NCBI RefSeq assembly: GCF_000143415.4
Contig: NW_003314406.1
Location: forward strand, 10,765-74,764
DNA: 64,000 nucleotides
Direction of reading: 5' to 3'
DNA from: Selaginella moellendorffii
Taxonomy: Eukaryota; Plantae; Lycopodiophyta
Shown: in pieces, positions 37,415 to 49,021 of the stretch
Layout: the number at the start of each line of letters is the position of its first letter
Numbering within the stretch: the stretch's first letter is position 1
Position numbers and translations under genes: made by a program
Notes under the pieces: model-generated
What the model was told of the DNA's origin: nothing
What the model saw: the letters and a program-made list of their open reading frames with translations, nothing else
The model's database searches: none

Positions 37415-40400
37415 TCACCTTGAAATAAAATACATTAGAAACTTAGTAAAGGAATATTCATGAATCTCACCTTGAACCCGGGTTATGAATGCTCTTGCTG
37501 CATCTCTTGCATGGTCTGGCAAGGTGATGGTGGCACTCTGCTTCCGCATCCAACCATGCACAACATTATCCACCGATATGCTCATGCTGGGATCCCTTGG
37601 ATTCAGCACCTATCTCTTTTCTAGGCAATCCTTCGTATATCCGGAACTTGGCTTGAACCACTCCACAGTTACATTGAAGGAGTTAGTTTCCGCGTCCTCC
37701 TCTGCATCAGTGATGCAGCGCCCCACCCATATCATTTGTTTTTTATTACTGGGTCTGACAAGCACGACCATTCCTTTGCAGACCTGTACTGGATTGAATG
37801 CTGAATCCGGCTTCTTGTTCCTCGGCCCACAATAGTGATCCTCAACATTGTTATCTGTCACTGCATTTCCAGAGGACATTGTTCCGCTACTATCTGGTGC
37901 TCTGGGTTCTGGCCAAAAGGACTCTTCCAATTCTTCATATACAACCGGCCCATTTTGGATAGCAGATATAATCTTCTCCCAGTATTCGAGCAAAGGCTTG
38001 CACCTCTGAAAATAGGATTCTCCACCAAACACCAACCCCCTCTTCCAGAAGGCAATATGCTGTCTAATCCCGGCCACTATACTTTCCTGGTCTTTGAGTC
38101 CATCCGGGTGCATCGGCCGTGGGGAACCCTGAGGAATCATAGGTTCCCCAGTTATGGGATCTCTCTTGAAGAGTTCAATGCCGTCCACTGGCAGCCACAC
38201 TGTGTCCCATTCTCTCATCTTGTACCTCATCACTGGAGCACCGTCACACATGCTGAAATGAAACTGAAAAGGTTTGGAGTGGCCAATCAGCGTTTCGGAT
38301 CCGTCCCTGATGTAGCCTCTTACAAACCCCTTAAAGTCTGGAACCTCTGTCAGAAGTGCAGCTTCAATAGTGCCTTTGATGCAATTTTGGAATTCATCGT
38401 AGAGTTGTGGGAGGGTGAGGACATTGGATCGCCAGAGGGACTCTGCCAGGTGACTGAACATGGCATCGACGTCTTCATGAGTGTGCCCAACCATGAGAAA
38501 GCCAAGTGTAACCGTTTCAAATATGCCTTTGGCAACAAGCATCGCCAAGTACGCGAAGACGTACATGTTTTTGTTCTCACTGCCAGCATTGTCTGTTTGG
38601 AGCAGAAGATGGGGTGGAAGGCCACATCGGCCGCAAGAACTTCCTTGAGATTCTACTTCGTTTGGATGAGGCTGTGCATTCACCGGGCGACCAGCCTCGT
38701 CGGAATGGCATGAGGCCTCACGTGATAACCCTACAATCTGATGGCCAACATATTCACTGGGATGGCATGGGGCCCCACGCGATACTGCAAGCCTTTGCTC
38801 CTCCTCCAGCTGAACCCTGTATGGGGTTCGATTGACAAGGGCCTTATGCAAGGGTTGGCCGTTCAGCTCAGTCTGCGCACTTTGCAGAGACCTTAAGTGT
38901 TTTGCTAGGGACGCAATCATCATGTTTGCACCCCCGCCACCCCATAGAGGTACAAAGAAGTTCCCATAGTTCTGGGCACTATGCCCATGAGCGATTATGC
39001 CAAACAGAGACACAGGCAGCTGCATGGATGAAGAGATTGCCTTGGGGGCAGGATTGAGTCGAGGTAAGCACGTCTTTTTCTGGTCCATTTTGTCGTGGAT
39101 GATGCAGAGGTAAGAGTCAGGTCTCTCCATGGAGAGAATCCTGTTATGATAATATGTAGTCCTGCAGCTTCTCTGCTCGATGTTGTGGTCGAGCCGCCTT
39201 CTAACCAACGTCTCTCGCTCTTGAGCGCTGCAAGAATTCTTCGACAAAGCCATTTTGATAGCAGTGCACTCGTCACACTTTGAAAAGCTGGAGTACTTTC
39301 CTATACTCACATCCCTGAACCTGTTGCTCCACAATCTACTAAATCTAGATTGGCTCAGCTTCCTATAGCCATTACTCTGGAGTTCCCAATTCACATCTTC
39401 CAATATGGCCCCCTTGGTATACATGGAAGGGAGAACTCGTTGGGTGTCTCGTGTTCCATCTTCCAAGAGGCGGGTTTTATGTGGTTGCTGCTCGCTACAT
39501 GTCTCGACAAACCTCTTGAAGATTGCCTCTCCATATACAACATGACCCCTGGTTTTGTGCGTACCGTCGTTCCCATGGACTGCCTGTTGAATCCTTTGTT
39601 CCTCGAACTCAGTTTTGATTCTGTAGAATGTGGTTCAAGGGACTCCATAAATGATTCTCCATGCCTTCATGCAGACCAAACCCCTCTGGAAGACCATGCC
39701 CCCCACCTGATGTTCTGAAGCATCAACAGATGACTGTAATGCCTCATACACAAAATTGCGAGCTGCCTTCCAGGACAATGTCTTGTATCTTGCTCTCTCC
39801 TCTTCAATAGCATCCCAATCAGCATGTTGACAGCACCTCCTCTTGCAACAAGCAACTGTCGAGACCATTCGAACCTCCATCGCCATTTTCTGCCTTTTCG
39901 GTTCGTTGCTCAGATCCCTTTGGCTGCGCTTTAGGAAGGTGTACTTTCTTTTCCCATGAAGAGATGTTCTGTCATCAGTTGTAGTGGTGTTTGATTGTGA
40001 ATCCTTCACATTCTCAAACACTAAGTGCCTCAATTTCCACCGCACAATGCTTCCAATAGTCAGAGTGTTTTCTTCTGTGTTAACAACCTCTAAAATCGCA
40101 ACTCCAATATCATCCCAGCCCAATTCTTGATTAGCAACTGCATCTCTTGGATCGACAACTGTGGCTAAGCCCTCAGCTACCACCTCCCCCTCAGGGTTGT
40201 TTAGAAACACCTTCACCTGAATCCATGTAGCACGGTTCTTAAGATCCACGGAGGGAACATGCGTCGCACTTGCATTGTCCTCAACATCTGCTTTCTTCTG
40301 AAGATTTTTCAAGGCAACAACAACATTTACCCCGACGACCATCTCTCCTCGTTCAATAGCGACCACATTCCCATCGAAGACAGTCTTTACTGATACAATA

Positions 40401-40525
40401 GCATTGCCTTCCCCAAGCCTTTGACAGTGTATAACAAAGTTCCGATCCATAGACACAAGGGTCCCTTTTGCAACTCTCTTCCCACCATTCAAAATGTAAA
40501 CCTTTTCCCCAACCCTAAAGGCCAT
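37415..40525 (-). pseudogene. Sola-like DDD transposase, about 1030 aa, with two in-frame stops
   Basis: ORFs 39635-40525, 37610-39466 and 37415-37609 share one frame, broken only by TGA at 39635-39637 (IYGVP*TTFYRIK...HGN) and TAG at 37610-37612. Motifs: FSKCDEC, IIHDKMDQ, LQTDNAGSENKN, FLMVGHTHEDVDAMFS. Confidence 0.85.
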
Positions 40526-40819
40526 TCTGAAAGTGCAGAAAAGAAGTTAAGACCATACAAAAAATGATTGGAGAATGGCCTAAATCATAACATACCAAAC
40601 AACCTCAATAGCATGAGGCCACATGCCATTATTCAAACATGCTATTGACACCTACGTGAAATTTCGCATTCACAAAATTGGCATGAGCCCTCATGCCATT
40701 AGTGGTACCACTAATGGCATGAGGCCTCATGCCATTTCTAAATGTGGTCCTAAACCATTCCATGGTGAACATACCAGGAAGCACAAGTGCCGAATATCAA
40801 GAGGAAGCGGTAGCCACAC

Positions 40820-41040
40820 CAAAGACAGTGCCGCTCGCAACACCGCAACTACTCGTAGCGCCGCTCGCAACACCGCAACTGCTCGTAGCGCTGCTCGCAC
40901 AAACTGCCACTCGCATAAACTGCCGCTCGCAATGGCGCTCGCAATACCGCAACCGCTCGTAGACGCATAAACCACAGCCCACAACGCCGCTTACACAAGC
41001 AGCGCTCACTGCGCTCAGCGGAACCAAGAACACGGCGCAC
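40820..41040. repeat. CpG-rich short repeats (CGCTCGCAAC, CCGCAAC) upstream of the transposase
   Basis: Directly visible; ccgctcgcaacaccgcaact occurs in tandem. Confidence 0.75.
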
Positions 41041-41758
41041 AAAAATGATAGACCTAGGAATGAGTTCGAGAATTCAAAAATAACACACGCTTGAACGTCA
41101 CATCAAATCCTCTGACAAACCAGATTTTATGATTCCTCTGACAAATTTCAAACTGAGTAGCTTCTAGACTTTGTTGTCGGAGGTTGAACTTTGTCACATC
41201 ATGTCCTTGCCTCGATCCAGCTGTGCCATGTCAGTGATTCAAACTTTGCCATGCCATGTCAGCGATCCGCGCCAAGATTATTTGCCGTGTAAAGGAATAA
41301 TTATGCTGTGTGTGTACGTCCATTTATGGCAATATAAGGCCACACGCCATTCAAAGAATAATGCTAGTCGAGCATTTTTTGGTGCATTTTTGGGTTCAAA
41401 ATTGCATGAGCCCACACGCTATAAAGTTTACCTGTACCAAAAATAGAAACAGCTTTATTTACTTGGGAATTTAAGTGGTTGAGGCATTTTTAAACTTACA
41501 AACACATGCCTTACTTACATTCCTTTGGTTGCTTAAAATTCAAAAATATTTTAAACCTTTTTTTTTGCATTTTCAATGTTTTCAATTATGGTTTTTGATT
41601 TTCGCAGGACCAGCCTAGTAATCTATTTGCATCCCGTCATGTTTATAGCTAGCTTTCGTTTGTCCCCTTCGCTAGCCTGAGATACATCTGCTCGGCATCT
41701 GCCTCTTACAGCATTTGCCCAGAAAGGGCATCTTTCTTCACGCAGCATTTGCCACATG

Positions 41759-41784
41759 TTTAGGGTTTAGGGTTTAGGGTTTAG
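41759..41784 (+). repeat. Interstitial plant telomeric repeat (TTTAGGG)x3.7
   Basis: TTTAGGGTTTAGGGTTTAGGGTTTAG. Confidence 0.9.
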
Positions 41785-43079
41785 CAATTCAGTAGCTTGA
41801 TAAACATGCAAATACAGAACTTGATGCGAAATCCTTTGATATGTCACAATGCCCCTAGGACCATAAACACATTTCAATAGAGAGGGTCCTTTCATTTCAT
41901 AACTCTTTACGTAGATCTTGGTGAAACCAGAGTTAGTGAAGTTAGTTTCTTGTGATCCCGCATCTGATTGTGATGTCCCTTTGCAGTTTCGATGGAAAGG
42001 TCAATGCACACCAAACTGTAAAATCTTGGAGCAAAATAACGGTTGGATCTATGGCAAATGCCCCTGAAACATTGTAAGGCTCGTGTGGTCTCATGTGGTG
42101 TCCGATCGAGATGCTTCTTTGCAGGGTCATCAAGAAAGACATTGTATACCATTCTGTAAAATCTAGTTGCGATCTAACGGTTGGATCTCCAGAAAACTCA
42201 AAAAAATCTCGCGCGTGTCAGAATATCCTAGGAATATACTCCTATGTGCCTCTGAAAATGGCATGCGGCCCCACGCCATTCAAGAGATAACACCAGATGA
42301 CGCCGAGAATTTTTTGGTGCATTTTTTGGGTTCAAAATTGCATGAGCCCACACGCTATAAAGTTTATCTTTGCCAAATAGAGAAAAGTTTATCTGTGTCA
42401 TGTGAGGTAGTTACAGTCCTTTGTGCTCGGCATCTGCCTCTTGCAGCATTTGCACTGAAAAGGAATTTTTCTCCATTCAGCATTTGGCCCTGAAAATGGC
42501 ATGCGCCCACACGCCATTCAAGGAATAACGCCACAGGACGCCTGGATTTTTGGGTTTAAAATGTTTAGACACCATTTTGTGTGCAGGTGCTGGATACAGG
42601 GAGCTGGTGCTCATGGGATTGTACTGGACCCTTGTCTCAACAATTCCTATCCGGTTTTTTGGGTTTTTTCAAAATATTTTAGGTCCAACGTTTTTTGGGT
42701 TTCTTTGGTTCAAAATTGCATGAGCCCACATGCTATAATATTGATTTGAGAGAAAAATAGAAACAGATAGAATTTCTTTATTTAGCTGAACATCTGCCAT
42801 TTTTGGAAATACAAGATGGTTTGGAATATCCAATCATGCATGGTATAAATATAGCGAGGGTATTAAATGATATCCCAATCATGATCTTTCTTTTGGATTT
42901 CGCGTGCATGCAGTCCGAGGAATGATGACGTTGCGGATTTCTTTTGGATTTTGCGTGCTTGCATGCGCGCGGCAATCCAGAAATTAATGCTGGCGCCCAA
43001 GTCCGAGGAATGATGACATGGCGGGATTACCAACCGTTGTGACATTTTGCGCGTGTGAGGTTAGGTTTTGCATTTTGCT

Positions 43080-43290
43080 TCGTACTCGCGCTCGCATCGC
43101 GCTCCCACTCGCGATCACGCTCACATTCGCGCTCATCTACCTTCTCTACAGGTTTCTCGTGTGCATCGGCGTCCACTCGCGCTTGCATCACACTCGCGCT
43201 CGCATCGCGCTCGTGTGCATCGGCGTCCACTTCAAGACACACCCAGTTTGTAACTTCGCCGCCAACTCCGCCGCCCACTCCGCCACCCAC
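43080..43290. repeat. CpG-rich repeats (CTCGCGCTCGCATCG) upstream of the plus-strand cargo gene
   Basis: Directly visible; ctcgtgtgcatcggcgtccact occurs twice. Confidence 0.75.
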
Positions 43291-43439
43291 ATGCAGCCCA
43301 CTTGGCGTCCCGGGAGATTTCAGCGCCACTCTCCAATTGTAAGTGGCAGAGTAGCCTTGCTGCTACGATCCGCTGCACACACAGTGCACATTCGCCAGCG
43401 AGTCTGGCCTCGATTGTCACGGCCTCCATTCGGCTTCAA

Positions 43440-46400
43440 ATGGTAAGTCTTTTAGGCCAAGTAGAAAATGGCATGAGGCCACATGCCATTCAGTAGCAAC
43501 ATTGGCATGCACCGATTGGGCTCTCGAGTGCAGTCCGGTTACAGATGGCGTGTAGCCTCACGCCATCTTAGGATGCAGCCTCAAGACATCTGATGCAGTG
43601 GTGAATGGTGTGTGGCCTCACGTTATTTCCAGCTGCTAGCTTTTCATCTATCAGCTCTAATTGTTGTGCATTTCTGAATAGGCGAGGAATTGCGTTCTTC
43701 TTCCAGCCACTGTCAATGTGGATGCAGAGAAGGGGGAGAAGCTCACCAGTTGGACTTTCGGGATGGAAGGCGAGGATCTGATGCTGTACAACACAGATGG
43801 TGGGAGAAAAGAATGCATGGGGATCCTCATCCAAGTGACAGACACTCCATGCAGTTCCATGCAAGAATATGGACTGGCACTTGTGGTAGAGACAGCGTCC
43901 GCCTTCAAGATCCACCTTGCACATCCTAGCGGCTTCCCGGAGGGGGGCAGCGGCTATGAGGAATTCCTAGAGGGAGCTAGGGAGAGGTTGTCCAGGAGGC
44001 CCACAATTTCAAAGACGCTGCAGGTCTATGAAGATCACATGGAATCCACGGACCTCACCTACGGCGATGTTCAAAAACTATATTCCAACATTGAGCCGTT
44101 GAGAGTGCTTCCAGTTCGCGAAGCGAAGGGGAAGGGGGTCGATCTGGAAACTACCCCGAAGCAGAAAAGGGTGGTCAAGCTCAAGCCGACGTCCGAGTCT
44201 CCTGCTCCAAAAAAGAAGCTACTCGGTGATGCCATTGCCTCGGGTTCGAACACTACACCCACCAAAAAGAAGAGCCGCAAAGAGCAGAAAGAGCAAGAAG
44301 AGGCAGCAAAAATCGTCGCAGATAATAGTACTTGTTACTATTCCAACAAAGTATATACAATCGACGTGAGCCGTATCGACATCCAAAGCAAATACAACCA
44401 CAGGCTAGTATCTGATGAGTGGGTGGAGAAACTGAAGCAGAAGATGCTGGCAAGTCCAGTAACACCCGACATCGCAGACGTGATCCCCTACTACCGAACA
44501 ATGAAGGGCGAGACGAGGTTTCCAGACTTGATCAATAGGAAGGTGTTGGACGATCAGAACATCCGGTTCTATGCCGTCTCCGGGCAGCATTCTAGCTTGG
44601 CGATGCAACAGATAGTTGTGGATATTATGGTGGGCGAGGAGGTGAAGAAAGTCTTCAAGACAAGAGTTGTCCGCCTGATAAAAGGCAACTCGCCCCTCCG
44701 ATCTATCATATACATCTCCCACGCGCAAAATGTCAAGCAAGAAACGTGCTACAAATCAGGTCTGCACGAGACATTGGCACGAACACGGAAGCTCTGGGTT
44801 CAACTGAAGAAGCCACAAAAACCAGGACAAGGACGTGCACTAGCAACTAGCGCCTAGCAGTTAAGCCTCGTTGCATGTGGCATAGCATGTGGCCTCATGC
44901 CATTTCCATTGCAGGAATTCTCAAGTCTTCTCTCGAAAACACTGGGGGTCAATGACACACTCAGCATCCATAACATTCTACTCGCGACAAAAGTTGTTTT
45001 TGACAAATGGGTAAATGTGCTGAGGAGGTACCATGACGGGGAGTTGCTAAACTCAATGGGTGTGGAGGACGGCCGGAAGCCCAATGATTTGAAGCTCAAC
45101 GCCTTGCGTTTCTCGCGGTCTCTAGACGACGACGACCTTCTGACAGTGGCTAATGCTCTTCTACGTGGTGAGGTAGTCTTCAACAAGACCAAAATGACTC
45201 CCGGCCATATTGTGACATACGAGGACTTGTGCACGACTCTGAGAGCTCGTGCGCTATTGAAGGATTGGATCTTCGAGCAAGTGGCCGTGGAGAGGGTGAG
45301 CATCGACACCACGCAAGAGATGATGGAAGAGCTGGACTTGTCAAATGAAGACATCGACGAGTACGTGAAGGGGGCCCCCAAGTTCATTGATCTGCTGCGG
45401 GATGCCACGAAAAGTAAAGCTGAGAAGTTGGATCAGTATCCAAATTTCATTAAGAGGGATCTCGACTGCCGGCTTCAGAAACAGCTCGACCCCGCAGCAG
45501 AGGCCTATCAAGAACCTTACCGGGTATACGTGAATTCGGATGAGGATCAAAGGTGGAGGAGCATCGTTTCCCGCGGAGATGAGCAGGTCAAGAACATCTT
45601 TTGTGTGATGGACTTCACAAACGAGGAGATCACTCATGCAGACGAAGTCAGCTCCATCATTGACTTAATGGTGGGACTTGCGAAGGTGGAATTTTCAGTC
45701 CACTATATGATCTACGACTCCGAATCCTATCACAAGTTCTGGAAGGCCTTGAACGAGGTGAAGGCTCGGTTGAAAGGCAAGGAGATGCGGGAGATCCATG
45801 GGATAATGGCTAAGAAGAAGATACCGACGAATGTCCGCATCTTCACACTCGCCTTTGTTATTGGTCCTGCAGCAGAGTGGGACTGGAGTGACTTCCCAGC
45901 TTCGTTCAACAAGGCCGATCGAATTGATCTGAGGGAGGTCAATTTACCCGTGCTTGAGGAACTAAAGACGGCTATGGAGCTTTCAAATCCAAAGAAAGCT
46001 CCAGGTGCAGCATGGGAAATGCTCAGCTGGGTCTTCAACGCAATAGCGGGTGACTCCAAGGGCAAATGCGTTGTCGAGTACAACTGCGGCGGACTATTCT
46101 TTCGAGCCGCACTACTCAAGGGTGTCCCATGTGTTGCGGTGACAAACTCCATTGAAGAGGTGACTTCAATGGAGCATATAATTACAGTTGCCAAAGAAAA
46201 ACAGTATCTTCTCTGCGAACCTGGTGAGTACGCACTTTAAGTTTAAATGTTATCTCACAAGCTCTGTATGTAGGAGCGTGGCCACCCCCAGATGCTGAAA
46301 CGGCGTTAACAGCTACTGATGTTAGGCCGAGCTCACAACCTGCACAAGGTAAGGTCACGTGAGGCCTCACGCCATTTTGATTATAGATCGTTGTGAATAT

Positions 46401-49021
46401 TCAGACACGAGGACTGAAAAGCGCACTGGTGGCGTGTCGAAGAAGGACAAACAGACAAGCAATAGGAAAAAAGGAGGTACAAATTATATTTGCAATGGCA
46501 TGTGGTCTCATGCCATTCCTTGCAGGAGACACTTCTTCAAAGGCAAAATAGGCAAGCACCAGCCAAGCTCAAACTGACAGTGGTCATAAAAAGCGAAAGC
46601 ACGTTGGACAGTCGTCGGGATCAGAGGCGTTTGATTCGAAAAGGAAGAAGGGCAATGAAAAGATGATAGGTAATGCCTCGCGGTTATGGCGTGTGTGCTC
46701 ATGCCATTCATTGCAGATCAAGGGTTGAGTGAAAGGAGCCAGTCACCACCTCCTGACTCAGATTCCTATGGCGGACTCCCCTTCCCCAATCTCAATGGAG
46801 AGGTACAATGGATGAGGGATGCTTTTCAAGTCAGGGCCACGTTTTTCTCATCTCGTCATCTTCGAAGGGTGCAAGAACGTGCAGAAACCATGTTAAGACA
46901 GTCGGGTGAGGATACGGTCCTAGGTCAAGCACTAAAACAGGCTATGGATGTCTTGTATTTTGAGATGGAGACTCGGCCAGATGATTTTCCCAAGATGGTC
47001 CTGGAAAAACAAGCCATCCAGCCTGAGCAGCCTATGGAAGAAATGCAGGAGGGGGATGAGGAGCCAGAGAAAGATAATGAGCAGGAAGAGTAAAAGGACG
47101 AAGAGGAGGACAAAGAAGAGGAGGACGAAGAAGAGGAGGACGAAGAGGACTTGGATGGTCCTCACAATGGTGATGATCACAATAACGACGATGACAATGA
47201 TGACGACGATGGCCAGCCTGAGGTGGCCAAAGAGCAGCGGAGGAAGGTTATACAAGACAAACCATCAGGTAAATAATAGTACATCCATTCCTAACCTTTT
47301 ACCATTTCTAACATTGTCCATGTAGGTCGCAGAAGAAATGGTAAGTAGAGATTATTCAGTTGAATTAAGATACTAACTCTAGCCTTTAGTGTCGAGGAAG
47401 GATAGTGCCAAGCAAGGGTCGAAACGTATGTCCAATCCTTCAGAATCAGCAGTGCGCCCAAGTGATATCGGTCCTAGTTCCTCAATAGCAGTTGATGGTA
47501 AATACAGTATAGTCGATTCAATGTGCTAATGAGTTTGTTTTTAGTAGCCAGTAGGGAGGATACCATCTCAATCGAAGGGAGATATTTGGACATGCATATG
47601 GATCTGCCAGTGGACTTTACTTGCCTGCAAGAGTCATCAGAGCTGGTGGAGGCTACTATCCATATCAACGCTAAGCAAGCTGACCATGCTCCACTTGATG
47701 CTGCCCATACCACTGAGTCAATCTTGTCCACGTATCCAACTGACGGTGACCAGGCGCCATTGGACCTGCATGAGGCCGCCCCAGCCGCCCCAGCCGCCGA
47801 GCCGGTCGTATCCTCATTTCCAACGTGTGCCCAATCGTCTGGCTACACGCCGTTGGAACCTCCCTACACCGCCTCTGCTGCCTGTTCGGTCATGTCCACT
47901 TTGCCAATGGAGGCACCAGCTGAAATGGCGTGTGATCACACGCCATCGGAACCACCCTATGCCACTGTTGAGCCAGTTGTACCAGAGTCTACAGCTGAAA
48001 TGGCATGTGCCCACACGCCATCGGATGCGATTGACCCCACATTGCAGAGGAGAGTATTTCCGCCCTTCACGTTTCCTCAACCAAAACCCTCTCAACGACC
48101 ATCGGGAGCACCATTCGCTAATATTGTAGATGGTAAAATTGACTTGTACCATTTTTTATGCTGACGCATTTCATTTCAGAGTCACGGCGAAGGTACTGTA
48201 TCGTTTTTTATCTGAACGGTGTCCTTTTCTCCCATGAGCGTGGCTCGTCCTCGAATGTCACTGCACCCTCCAAAGCCTGCGGTCGCAAGTTGGTCAAAAG
48301 AGACAGATTCACATTAATCACACGGGAGAAACTGCGGGATCTAATAATGACCATGCGACACTTAAAACAGAGGGCCGGGTTCAATTTGCAATTGGGAGTT
48401 TGGACATCCATGATGCGCCACAATGCATTAACGTTGCTACAGATGATGCACGATCAGACGTGAGTAATATTACCATTTGACTTTCTCCTAACGCAGGAGG
48501 ATTGCTTGACTATGGTCCATGTGAGGGGTAGCAAGCCCATCTTCGTCAAGCCAGAGGCTGTAGTGATGAACCGGACTGCTAGGTCAAGTGAAATCCTCAT
48601 CATCGATGACTCGCCGATTAAAACTGCAGCGAACACGCACACATATGCAGTGCACCCCATCTCTTGCAGTATGGAAACTAGGGAGAAGAAACCGTATGTT
48701 CTGGGGGACCTTGCAAAACGGCTTGAAGTGATGGTGATAAAGAACCAACTAGTCCAGGAGGTGGCTGCAGAAATCAACCAAATGGCAGATGGAACGGTAT
48801 ATCAGAAGCCATTTGATCGGACAGACACCAGTCATCATTTATGGCATGTATATTGTCTAGCCAAGCACTATCCGCATCTCCATAATCTGCTCAACCGGAT
48901 GGGTTCTTCGACCACTGAACATGAGCGTGGACGTATTAGAGAAGAGATGGCATTACTATTGGGTTTAAATCCTGATAGTGTAGAGAGTGATGAAATTCCA
49001 AGATTATTGTATAGGCGTTAG
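43440..49021 (+). CDS. Large multi-exon transposon cargo gene or genes: ParB-like, degenerate MTase-like, acidic linker and FCP1/HAD-like segments; slightly decayed
   Basis: ATG|GTAAGT at 43440 splices in frame to 43682. Long ORFs lie at 43718-44857 and 44897-46240, small exons at 46270-47340, then ORFs at 47523-48164, 48158-48463 and 48506-49021; the last two share a frame. In-frame stops occur at 44855, 47091 and 48461. Confidence 0.7.

Noticed and set aside
37835-38713. 292-aa plus-strand ORF, and antisense ORFs within 44071-46194
   Set aside because: These are shadow frames of real coding sequence on the opposite strand.
41759-41784. True chromosome end
   Set aside because: Only about 3.7 units, internal to the transposon.
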